DNA of 64,000 nt from the NCBI GenBank assembly GCA_002269645.1, contig NIVC01003831.1, forward strand, positions 1 through 64,000, in the 5' to 3' direction. Positions 1-12,200 of the stretch are shown one piece after another. Both the position numbers and the translations under genes were made by a program. The notes beneath the pieces were generated by a model that was not told where the DNA came from, ran no database searches, and saw only the letters and a program-made list of their open reading frames with translations. The first letter of the stretch is position 1. Each line of letters starts with the position of its first letter. This DNA comes from Macrostomum lignano. Lineage: Eukaryota.

Positions 1-171
1 TTTAGTTGAGGTTCTATAAACCCAAAGCTACCAAAGTACATGCATATGTGGCTGTATTTTATTTGACTTTTTACAAAAATCTCATGCTATAACGTTTCGC
101 TTCGAAACCAATACATAAATTATCGTGATTATGATTGTTAGTAACTGTGAACTGCTAGCTACACAGTGTAC

Positions 172-290
172 CTGTAAAGCCACACTCGCATAGTAGTGGT
201 CAGCTGCAGATGAATTGTAGAGCTTGTACGTGCTTCGGAAATGAATGTCGTTGGCGTACAATACTGAGCAGTTCTCAGCGGCGAGGATAT
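172..290 (-). CDS. Exon of mosaic gene, fibrinogen-N-like module (DILAAENCSVLYANDIHFRSTYKLY)
   Basis: ctgcag acceptor, CAG|GTACAC donor, open frame; not in the ORF track because it is short. Confidence 0.6.
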
Positions 291-3200
291 CTGCAGATAG
301 ATTTAGATAATTAAGCTTTCTGGATTGTCAAGGCCTGAGCATATTTAAATGTCTATTGGACAGCGTCTCACCCGTGAAGTGCACATTCCAATAGCCCGAG
401 GAGGAGCCGCAAAACTGATCTTCATTGCCCGGACACGGCAGATCGCAGTTCACAGACACGGTTCCATTCTCATTGTCAGGCGTTCGCAAATAATTTACCG
501 CCGTAGCATTTCCAAACACCTTGTCCAGTTGACTGATGCACATACAGGTACGATTGCTCACTGAACTGTACTGGAAATCGGCTGAGAAGCACAAGTACCT
601 GCACATGCTCAGCGTCATAAAGCTGAAACGAACGTTCTGCTGCTGACGTTGTTAACGTCTGGATTCCACTGTTTCAACAGGCAGCCGGGGTCTTTTTTAT
701 TCACTTGGCAGGCGAACGCGCCAACAATTTTCGATGTGTCCGCATCAACAAACAAGCCATCTTGTGCTTTGATGCCGCTCCCGCTGACGCCGCCTGTGTA
801 GTTAAGTGCCACATCTTTTACAGTGAAGTTTTCCGCTCGGACTAAGAGATAGTGGCTGTTGCTTCGCAGTGAATAGCTGTCAAGGTAGAGTCGACCGTTC
901 AGCACATCGGAGCTTTGAGACCCCGGGGATCGGTCAGGCCCAGCCACCAGTGCGATGCGTTGGTCAGCCAGTAGGAGCCTAAAAACAGACAACAGCAAGA
1001 TATAGTATGTGACTAGCAACGAAGTAGTGAAACTATAATACGTGCATTTCGCTGCTTAGACTAGTCTCTTCGATTTTAGTTAAAAAGTACAACGTTTGAA
1101 ACAATTGATGGATTTAAGCAGATCGCTAATATCGATGGCTTGTACTCGTATATTGGTACACAAGAAGCACTGAATGAGATTTAATTTTTAGCTACTTGGA
1201 TGCAGGAAGCGAATATTTTAGTGAAAAACTGAGCATACAATTAAAGATGTTATTGAATGTATTAAATACTTACCCGAGAGGATGGAGGTGAGGAAGTCCA
1301 GGTGCTCAGGAGTCGGGAAGCTGGCCAAATGGCCGCCCCGTACCGTGCACGAGTTTTTAGCCACCTCGAATGGCACTAACTGGGAGACGAATTCGTAGCA
1401 CGAGCCGTTAAACGCGAATCCGGAGCTGCACGCGGTGGAATTGTCTGCAAAATTGAGGCGAACAAATTTACACTGAAAACCTGCCAGAACGGGCTTTGAT
1501 TTTTTGATTCGTAAGGCTTTTAACTGCCTTTAGGAAAGATACAAACCTTCTGCTGTGGTAAATCGATTTGAATTAATAAAAAATATTTTTATTTTGAATT
1601 AAGCAACGATAAAAAGCACTAAGTCTGTCACTAATAAATGTTACTCACCAGCTAGATAGCAGAACTGCCTTTCGTCATTGACGATGTAATAGCCAGAGCG
1701 GTAAATGCCTCTTTTGAACAGTTCAAGGCAGGAAGTGGCTGACAGCTGCTGCAGTTGAGGATCTAAAAAGTTTGAAAAAAAACTTTCATCTGCAACTTCT
1801 TGGTAGTTACAACGAATAAGAACATTGACAATCCATTGTAGAGGCTGACAGTTGTCACATTACTACAACGCAATCTTGTAACTAATTGAATTATAAGTTC
1901 AAATCAATTTGCAGGCAGAATAATTTGACAATTCTATGCTTTCTATTATTTTGAGTCAGTCACGCAACCAAAATGCTCATTTGGACGAAAATTCACATTG
2001 AAAAAATGTTAATAACTGAAGAAAAAGCTATTTCATTGACGAAAAGCGCTCGTACCAATCCGGTAAACCGATGTGGTAATCTGTGTGAAATTCAAACTTG
2101 CACCGCTTCTGCCGCACGACTGGTAGCGATTGCCCAGACAAGTGCTGGAGCAAATTTCGGTGTCGACGCGTTGCACAAAGACGGAATTCAGTAGCTGGCT
2201 CTGGTCGAGACACACGCACCGGTCCGGAGTGAGGGCCGCGAACTCTTTAAAGCTGGCGAGGCACACAGAAAGACACTGGCGAACGTGCAGCCACTGGTCA
2301 GACTCGGGCAGGCTTTCGCCAGTCAGACCCTTCCAATTGATATCGTAGCACCCGTAGTAAACTGCGGGAATAGGGTGGTTAAAAAGTCTAATAGATGCAG
2401 AGACTCCTAAAAATAGCATCACTAGCTCTAGTGATGATAGCTCTAGAAGTCCCTAAAAAAGGACTCTTTTAGGGACATGTTCAATTACAACCTAGCGTTT
2501 TTGTCTGATTTTTCAAACCACATACATGGATCTTTCTCTATGCTCGCTATATTTACGAGGATTCTTGCATCTGATTAAAGATAGAAAAATTGCTGCAATG
2601 AAGCTACGCTGTAATGAATTGAAGTACTAACTACTTCCACTTTTTAGATCAATGTGACTTATGCTGCAATCAAACTTCTGGAATGTACATGTAGACACGA
2701 ATGTAGGTAGATATTTCCCCTTTTGATTAGTGCTTAAAATTTCCTCAAAATTTGTTTTTTGTTTTATGGTGTACCTGGCTTTGACGGGGGCTTCTCGCAA
2801 AGTGCCCCAGCAAGCGGCTCGTTGCAATTCTGGAGCCGGTAATCGACTTGGCTTTTGACTTGGTCACCGTCTGAGCTGCCATTTGAGCTGCTCGATACGA
2901 GTCGAGTGTAGACTGAACAGTTCGCTGCCATTGCCAAGTCCGAACTATATTGATCCGAGCCTGTGAAGGCTTCGAAGCAGTTTAGCTTGGAGTCCTGGCT
3001 GCGAAAGTCCAACTGACTCAGTGCCAGGTCGCACGCCAAGGGCAAGTGGGTGACCGGTGCGCCGTTTGCTGAGTCGAACTGATTTATGCCGGTTCTGTCG
3101 GCCACGCCGACCCAAAAGCCGTAGCCCTGAGAGGCGCCGCCAAACCGGCCGTAGCCATAAAACTTCCTTGCCTTGTTGAGCTCTTGGAGAACAAGTGGAC

Positions 3201-6200
3201 TTTCCGGCGCAGCCAGGGTCGCGTTGAAATAGTTGCAGAATGCCTTGGCCTCAGCGTAGGTCATCGCCATGGCCGTCAGCTGGAAGCAGGTGCCGTTCAC
3301 GTGGAACCAGCCGAAGTCGCAGGTCTCGTTCACTTGTTTCGGCGGTACTACTGGCTCTCCTGAAGATGAGCAGCGTTCGAAATAAGATGTCAATTAGGTT
3401 AGTGTATAATATTTGTAAATATAAATATTTTAGGGCAATCTCTCGATCTTGATCTACAATTATAGAGCGCTAGGCTCCAAAAGAAGGCAGGCTATATGCC
3501 TTGATCTGATCTGTGAGTCTTTCTCCCCTGGCCGCTAGTTTTCCAACATTTTCTCATTAAAGCTCAGCTCTCTAGGAATGAAAATATTAATACTCGTACT
3601 AAGTTCTACAGACCGTAGCCACAACTCGCCAATGTTGCTTTAAAGAAATTAATAAAAAATAAGAGGAACAATGCAGAAACTGGCAATCGATCGCGGCTTC
3701 TATTCAAGGAGAAATTGTTGTCTTAATTTAATTGAAATTCTGCTACACCTACTCTCTTTTCCTTAAGTTTACATCTCTCATTATTTTTAAGCTGACTTGT
3801 TCAATACAGTAGCACTGCAGGTTAGAGAGGTAGAGTACTAAGTTAAGGCAGCTTCTAAGTTGATCTACGAGTGTAGTTAATTATTAATTATTGAATCGAT
3901 TGTAGAACCGGTCTGGCTTTCCCAGTGACTGCAGCTACGAGTATAACTAGCTGTAAGGACATAGAAGAACAATTGCAGTACATATAGAAATCGGAGTGCA
4001 TGCATTTCAAGCCATTATTGTCAGACTCGTACCATCAGCCATTAGACACGGCACGCTCTCAACAGCTGATCCAGTCGAATCCACAATCGTGACATTCGGC
4101 GCCGAAAACTGCAGCACATTTGCCTCTACGCAGGACAGACTCCTGCTAGTGGAGGGCTGGTAGAGATAAGCTTTTGAATAAACCTTCATGCTTTTTGCTG
4201 TAGCCGCTGACGCATCCGAGTAGGCCACGGGTGAATCGAAACTTGAAAACAGCAGTGGCAGCGGTGAATAGTCGAGGTTTTTGGACGCATTCAGGCACAG
4301 CTGGGACCGCTGGTTGTCCAGCACTCCGAAATAAACAAGCGGGAAAGTCTGGCTTGAAACTGGGTTGTAACCGTCACAGGTGATTAAGCCAGAACTGCCC
4401 TTGGTGATGCTGAATAGTCTCTCGCTGAAAAAAATTAACAATTTACTTTGCATTGAGTTTCTATCATCTTTATTTTTGTTCAGCCTATAAGTTTTCGGGG
4501 TTCAGGCCAAGTTTCAGCACCGGATTTGGGGTTTGGGGTGGTTTACGACGTACTTTCCGTTCACGAATAGCAAAAATATTTCTTGCGTATTAAAGCACAT
4601 TTAGATCCCCTCTCTTTTCCCTGCCCAGTGCCAACTTGCGTACGACCTCTCTCCCTCTGTGTCCGCGCTGAGGGCTTGGCTCTGTGCGTATGAGGTGGTG
4701 GTCTTGGGTGAGCTTTAGCGGGTGGCGTTGTCGTGTTTATGTGCGCTGTTCGCTCAGCGTTTTTGGCTGCGTGCATAGTAGGGTCTACGTAATATTCTGC
4801 TCTTTTATGCTCTAACTTTTTCCTCCATTCTTTAATTCACAGCCTATATTCATTACGCAGAATGTACGAAGTACTTTTAATTCGACTTCTTTCATTTTGG
4901 GGAGGGTTAATAATATTAATAATTGCAGGACAGCTGTGAGCACCCTGACGCAACGACTTAAGCGACGTCGTCCCACTACCAGCGGTTAGCCGAGTTTGTT
5001 CATTCCACTGACTCCTGACCACATAAAGGTGCACCGATACTGCATGCAGGCACGGAAGCATGCAAACGCTCATCCAGGGTGCACAGCAACCCTGATTTCT
5101 AATTGTCAGGAATGTACACTCTGTTTTTTGTACCTACTAGTACCGAACTGACAAGATGTCAACAAATAGTTTGACTTACAAAGGGCTTGAAGACTTTTGG
5201 GCCACGTTAAACAGTCCTGTGTCCAGCGTTCCATTAGACGTGTTCAATAGGGTGCTAGGAGAGAAAAAATCGTAGCAGCTTTTGCCCGTGCCATGAAAGA
5301 GCAGCCAGCAGGATGTGCCATCGTTGTTCTCGAATGTGACATTTACCAGTTCAGTGATGTTTCCTTTGTCCGTGTTCATCTGGCGCCACAGCACGTTGAA
5401 GTAGTTCATGTTTATGTCCGATCGATTGTGCAGGAACATCCGGTCGGGTAAATTCAGCGGTTGCCAGGGTAGCAGCACCAAAGGCGACCTGGCGCCGTAC
5501 ATTCGATTGTCACCGTTGTCGTTGTCTTTACCGAAACTCTTTCCAGAGTTGAGCAGCATGTCGTACACTGACGTTATCGCCTCGCCGAACAGTACTGGCA
5601 ACTGGTTCTCAATTCTGGCCGCCAGTGACCATGCTTTAACTGTAATGGAGTGCAATTTTTAAGTGCCTGAAATTTGCTTTAGAAAAGGCGTAGCTTTGTA
5701 CAGCCGACTACCGCAGTAATTTTTAATCGATACTATGCTGATCATTCATTAAATTTGTTTTCTACAGGTCAAGTTAGACTATAATATAATGCAAATCGAG
5801 ATAGTTTTTCCGTAAATATTCTCCGTAAATAGTTTTTATCAGACAGTACTTGTAAACCTTTAGATGCAGTGGAGTGCAAAGATTCAATTTAGATCTTACT
5901 GAGAATGACATAAGCGTATGAGAAGTCGCCAAGTTGTGTCCCCGCGCAGAACTGATAGGAATCTGGATGGCACTTCACCATGCACTGGCTGCGAATTTCA
6001 GCTTCACTCGTCACCAGTTGGAAGCTCTCCATCAGCTCGTCACTGTCCAAGCAAGTGCAATTTTGTCCCTCCACAATGCCAGCCGCAAGCCCGAGATGAC
6101 TGCACACCTGGTGACACTCTTGCAATGTCTGTGTTTGCATAAGGAACGAACTCCCTCGCTGGTATATTTGCGCTTTGAGAGCCAGGCTGTACTTGTGGCA

Positions 6201-9200
6201 TCCGGGGAAGTTTTTACCTAAATTTGGGTTAAAATTATGATGCGCATTCGTGACATGGTTGAAAGTTTCAGTCTTCAATGGTTGTGCAATTATTGACAAT
6301 GAGTTCCAATGGCGCCTGGGTATACTTTGGCTACCGCACAAGTTCTTCAACAAAGTAAGACTTTCAGTGTCAGAGAAGCGACTGCTTAAAAGTTGACTGA
6401 ATAAATTTAAACTTGGAAGCTGATGAACCCGGGTGAAAAGAAAAGCCAATCAAATGTTGAGAGTTTCTGAAGAAAATGGCTAAAATTAGGATAAATTCTG
6501 ACAAAGGGAACAAAGAGAGGCGGAACTTACGCTTGACACAAATAGATCTTCTTTTCTCGTTCCCGCTGCAGTTAATCCGGATATAGATTACGCCAACGTC
6601 GACTTTTTCTTTGTAGTGGTTGAGCTGTTTTTTAAACTCCACGTCATAAATAAAACAGCTTCGGTCGTCCAGCTGACGGGCAGACGATTTGTTATAAATG
6701 TTTTCGTAATTGGCAGGTGCAATGTTTCCATCCAGCATAAGTGGCACGATACTTTTCCAACTATGAAGTCCAATGTTCCATTCTCTGCCGAAAAAACCCT
6801 TTTCTGAAATATGGGACCACATGCTGCTCTTTGTATTTACAAATGTAAGATCGTATTGGTAGTGTTTTCGCAGAGTGTCACCTAAAGATGTAAATGTAGC
6901 TGCAAATTTCTAAAAGAGCTTCCACATTTTGGTGCACTCACTTTTTAGAAACTTCGAATACAAAAAGAAGTAATCCAAATCGTCTGGCGCCCACAGGACA
7001 GCATTTTGGCTCGCGCAGTACTCAACGGAGTCATTCCAACTTCGGAGTTCCTCCGGCCGGAAATTCAGCAAATAGCAGGAGCCCTGATACCCAATCCAGC
7101 CTGCAGGACATGCTGTGCCGTCTGGAACGAAAAATTTTATAATAAAAACATCGACGCATAAAACAACATACCACAAAATAGCATAAAATAGCATACATAA
7201 CATAACATAACATAACATACGAGCGTAGTATCATAACAAAGAATATAAAACTAGTCCTAAAAAATTACCAATCATGTAGCAGTAAACCGCAGTTGGTTTA
7301 TCTGGCGTCCCAGTCTCATTGATGTTTCCATAAACTAAATATTTTCCGGGTTGAAAAATGTTCTTCTTTGCATTGTACTCGTAGCATGTCTTAGGCTTTT
7401 CAAGGTAGGTTGACAGTGCATACACGTTGTAGTAATCTGCAGTTCCTCCACAGGTGTCTTCCGTGGTTGGGCATGACACGTTGCATGTAGTTGGGCCAGG
7501 AATAGCCACCATTGCAGTATCTAACACGCCGTTTAAGCAGGTACATTGATTTATCCGCAGGACAGCGTAGGCAGCCAATGGAAACATTTTGCAGTGCGCT
7601 TTGCAAGCCGTTGAACTTATTAATCCCATGGTGATATTGTCAACAACCTTTTCGACATCGATTTTAGCCATGCGATAGCAGCCATCTAGATGGATAGTTG
7701 TTAATAGAAAAGTGTGAGCAAGTTTACAAAATCGACAATTAATTTACCTTCTCAACATATTACCTTGGCCGATTTCATGAAGGAAGCACAAGCCTTGAAA
7801 AAGCTTTAATGGTTGTTCTCCTTCTCAATTTGACAAGCTGCTCATGAAATGGAATTTTTGTCACTTTTCACTTGTAATTTCTTCATGGAATCGGCCCCTA
7901 GTCATACTATCGGCATTAATTAAATAAAATAAAATTTTCCTGAATCTCCCTCAAATGTATAAAGTGTTATGCTACCCGAAAAGAACTTCTCCATTACAAA
8001 TTTAAATCTGCAACTTGTCCCTTCTAAATACTAGTCAATTAATAAATTTTAGTTTTTCATGATCAAATTTTTGTAGAGGCAAATGTTTTTTATTTAATGC
8101 TGCCAAAACGCCCTCATGCTATTGCAATGATTACCTTTTCTGAAATACTAGTGTTCTCACCTGAAGTTCAAGCCTACCTTAGCCTAAATATTGCACTTGG
8201 TTTTATAAACTCACCAAAAGAATCGAATACAGAATAGAAGCTGTTGTTTCCGCCACAGTACTCGCCATCGGAGCACTGAGTCATACAATTGAAGTTCTTT
8301 TCCTCCCGAGTAGCGGTCGCTAGTACGAACGGCAAAATCTCTGTGGCATTGTCGTTTGTATTTGCAATCACATCTGTAGTGTTGGGCAGCATGCAGAGGC
8401 AGCTTGTGGAGTTCTTAGCAGCCAGTGTGTAATTTCTAGTATAACACTCGCCCCTGCAAGAGTCCACCGTGTTCTCGCTGGTTGGCAGTAAGATTTGATC
8501 GCCGCCATTGAGTCGAGCGTCGATCTCCGCCATGGTGAAGCAGCCGCGGTAGTAGTTTTGATCTAGTTGACACATTAATTTACTTGCACAGTATAGCTTG
8601 TAAACTTCAAACTAACAATGCTGCATACATTAGATTTCAACGCCAATCTGTTACTAGCCTAACGATACATTCATCTACCAATAAGAACTAACGGGGGCGC
8701 TTCATAAGACCTAAATTTCACAACGCCTAAAGCACATGACTTCACATCACCTAAATTTCATAACGCCTAAATTTCACAACGCCTAAAAACCTGCATGCTC
8801 TTTCATATCGCCTAAACTTCATATCGCCTAAATTTCACAACACCTAAAACTGAATGTGAAGGAGAGAAGCAAAGATTTTAGGCGTTGTGAAATTTAGGCG
8901 ATATGAAATTTAGGCGTTGTGAAATTTAGGTCTTATGAAAGCGTCCCGAACTAACTATGGAGGAACCTAATCAGAATCACTTGATGAATGGGCTACTTAC
9001 ATTTGCAAATGTTTGAGCCGTCGTCGAATTCCTTGTTTTTGTTCCAGGATTTCACCAGTTTTCTGAAAATTTGTGCCAAATATATGCAATTTTACTGTAT
9101 CTGTCCGACAGATAAAACGTTCGTGCTTTTTAGTTGGAAAGAATGTTATTTACTTGCGATAGTCGAGACCAACGCTGCAGGTGTTCTTAACAGTCAGCTG

Positions 9201-12200
9201 AAACTTGACACCCCGATATCCGCTGAGACACTTGAACTCAACTGACCAATCTTGTACGACTTCATAGCGGTTCGACGAAGGTGGCGCAGAGATTAAAGCT
9301 GACTGAGTTCCCGGACGTGAATAGGAGCTCCAGCAAATGCGCTCTGGAGAGGGGGGTGTGTGACGGCAATGCACTAGTATAGTTCCTTCGTCTTTCCCGA
9401 CCGACTTAATGTCATATTCACGCAGCCAGAGACTTCAGTCCTATTCCTATTCGAAAAACTTACTTCGAATTCAATGGACATAAAAAATCCTAACATAAAT
9501 GGATATTTTCACGCTATTTTGGTATTTTTAGTCTTGTGAATTCATCTGACAGAGACGGTCTTAAATACACACTTTTACAGTCTGTAACGCCTTTATGAAG
9601 GTCCTTTTTATTATGAGTCGAACTATAAGTTCTACAATCCTTTAGTCGGCAAGACTAAGAAAATATTTGTTGCTTGGGCTGTTCACATCTGTCCATTGTT
9701 AAAGTCTTCGTCTGCTCTTGACTAATAGCGATTACTGTCGACATTATGGCGACAGTCGATTAGCAGCCTTCAAGAAGTTCGCCATATTACGCTGATCTGA
9801 CTTTTTATCACCAGATCAGCGTGATAAAAAGTAATAAAGTAATAAAGTAATAAAGTAAAGTAATAAAAGAAGGCGTGAATCGTTTGACAAGCTCGAAGTC
9901 AAGTTAAATCTACGATACCTCATCTTTAAGAGGCCGTGCGCATTTTTGAAAAGCTTTTTTCGTGCGACAGCCATGCGCATTTCCGCTATGCTAATCAGCG
10001 CCTATGGATCAGACATAAATTTGTATGCATAATGTACGAATATATATGAGTATACATGTACTCGAGCTGTACCACTTACCACGACAAGGATTTAGGACAA
10101 TAGTTGAATCAACAAACCACCATGGACCATTAAATCTTAGATTAAAGCCAGGACCAACAGCAAACAGGTAAACCTGCCAGTTGCTCGATGGCAAACAGGT
10201 GATGACAGCCTTGTTGGGCGGATTGTTATCATTGAACCTATAAAACTCCAGGCTTTGATTTGTGCAGACAACTTCCAGTACCGTGTCGACTGACAGGTTA
10301 TTCGATGCGTTGACCCCGGCAGTCATTAGGGACATTGTTTGAGTCTCAGGATCCCAATCGATCGGATTGTGACAGAGAACCGCTAAAACAATTGAGAAAT
10401 TGGATGAAGCAGTAAATATATTAGAATGCCCATTTAGCGCCCCTCCAGATCGATTTACCATCACAAGGTCCGATCTCTGGTCGATTTGGTCTCGGTAGAA
10501 GACTCGAAGCAAATGTCTTCGGAACTCGGCCTTCAGACTGAATGGAGTAAACTACATTCCAGCCAGAGAATGTGCACTCTAAAGATACCGCATCTGCCTC
10601 GTCTGCATGGTCTGCAAACTTGTGCCCGTATGGCGTTGGACAGGTGAAGGTAACGTTGGATCCGTAGCTTGTGTAAGCCGCAGGATCAGCACCGGCTTTG
10701 TCCGTCTTTCGCGTTGGCGCGCTACCAGTAAACTCTGGGCTTGGACAATTGAAAGCTGTAACGTACGATTGAAAATAGTTCATTTCAGATGTTATTATCA
10801 TTTGAATTTTCGTGAATCATGAGATAAAAACTTCCAGAATACTAAACAAACTTGGTTCTAGAAGGGGTACGCCAACGTAAGCGACGGTCAAAACTGACTG
10901 CAGTGAGAAACTTGTATCAGCTAACTCGTAGAAGCGGCAGAACCTATTCTATCCAAGTCTCAACCACGGGTTCCCTGGATTTCTATTCGACTGTCCTGAC
11001 AAGTTATTCATTGCAGTCGGATTGGTTCGGAGCTATATGATTGTGGCTCATTTGCGTCGCTGCTTAAGTCTACGTTTCTTTTTTTACAAAAGCATTTACA
11101 TTCTTGTTTTTGAGCAAAGGCCAAAATTCTAAAGACTACAAAAAATTTCCCCTTTCTTTTGTTGTGAAGATTTTGTTTGTTTTCTGTGTTAACCAAAGCA
11201 CAGTTTTTACCATAGCAGGCGGGAATCGTCAGCAGGGCAGTCCAATTTAGTTGCACACTCGACTGCCACGACGTTGGCCGACCGTCTCCTTCGATAAAAA
11301 ACGTGGCTTTCCAACCCAGGAAGTTGCACTGCAGGTTGAGCCGGTTAGCTTCATTTGCGCCGGAGAACAAGTAGCCAATGCCTTTTTTGCAGGTCACGTT
11401 GTAAGCCGAATGCAAAGTGAAGTCAACTGCGGTTATCCCGGGTGTAGTAGAAATTGTTTGGTGCTCCGCAGAGTTCTTTGTAAAGCTGGTGCACGTCAGT
11501 GCTGGAAGCGATTCGGTTAAATAAATGTAAAATATTCAATTTTTTATGGTAGCGCTGCTTGTTTTACAATTTGCAAAGTAATTTGACTACCAGCGTAAAT
11601 GGCTCAGGCTCAAAGAAAATCGCAACTCACGAATACATGCGCCAAACGATGGAGCAGCTGCACCGGGAACTGCCGCAATCACAGGGAAAGTTTGCGATGT
11701 GCGACCAGCAGAATCGATAGAATAGGTTAGATCCCAACCAGTGTAGTTGCATCGCAGAGTGGCAGTGTCAGCCTCGTACGGATTTCCCGGCAGGATGTGT
11801 CCGTAAGCCGAGCAGCGCACGGACACTGTAGCGCCGTATGACTGCTGGTTGGCCGGGTCCATGCCTGCTGCTACTAGCGACACGTTCAGCGAAGAGTCAG
11901 AAGCTGAGATTGCCAGACATGCGTGAACTGTTAAGGTGGGTTCGTCAGATCGGGTTGGTTTGCTGAATACTGTTATAAAGTTCTGTTGCAGTGCAAGGGA
12001 GTGGCTATTCATACGGTAGCCTTAAAGCGGAAAATTCGAATTTGAAAGAATTCAAAACTTAACCTTTTAATTTGAAAATATAGAGATTTTTTTTACGTTT
12101 AATAAAACTAAACCTGGCGTGAACTCTTCAACGACATCGTTCACAACCAGAGGTGAAGCAATTCTGTCCATTGCGCAGACTCCAGAGCACACGCAAGCGC

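Noticed and set aside
2449-2495. 10-bp hairpin followed by CTAG (Helitron-like 3' end)
   Set aside because: Hairpin is AT-rich, and no 5' TC terminus or second copy could be identified.
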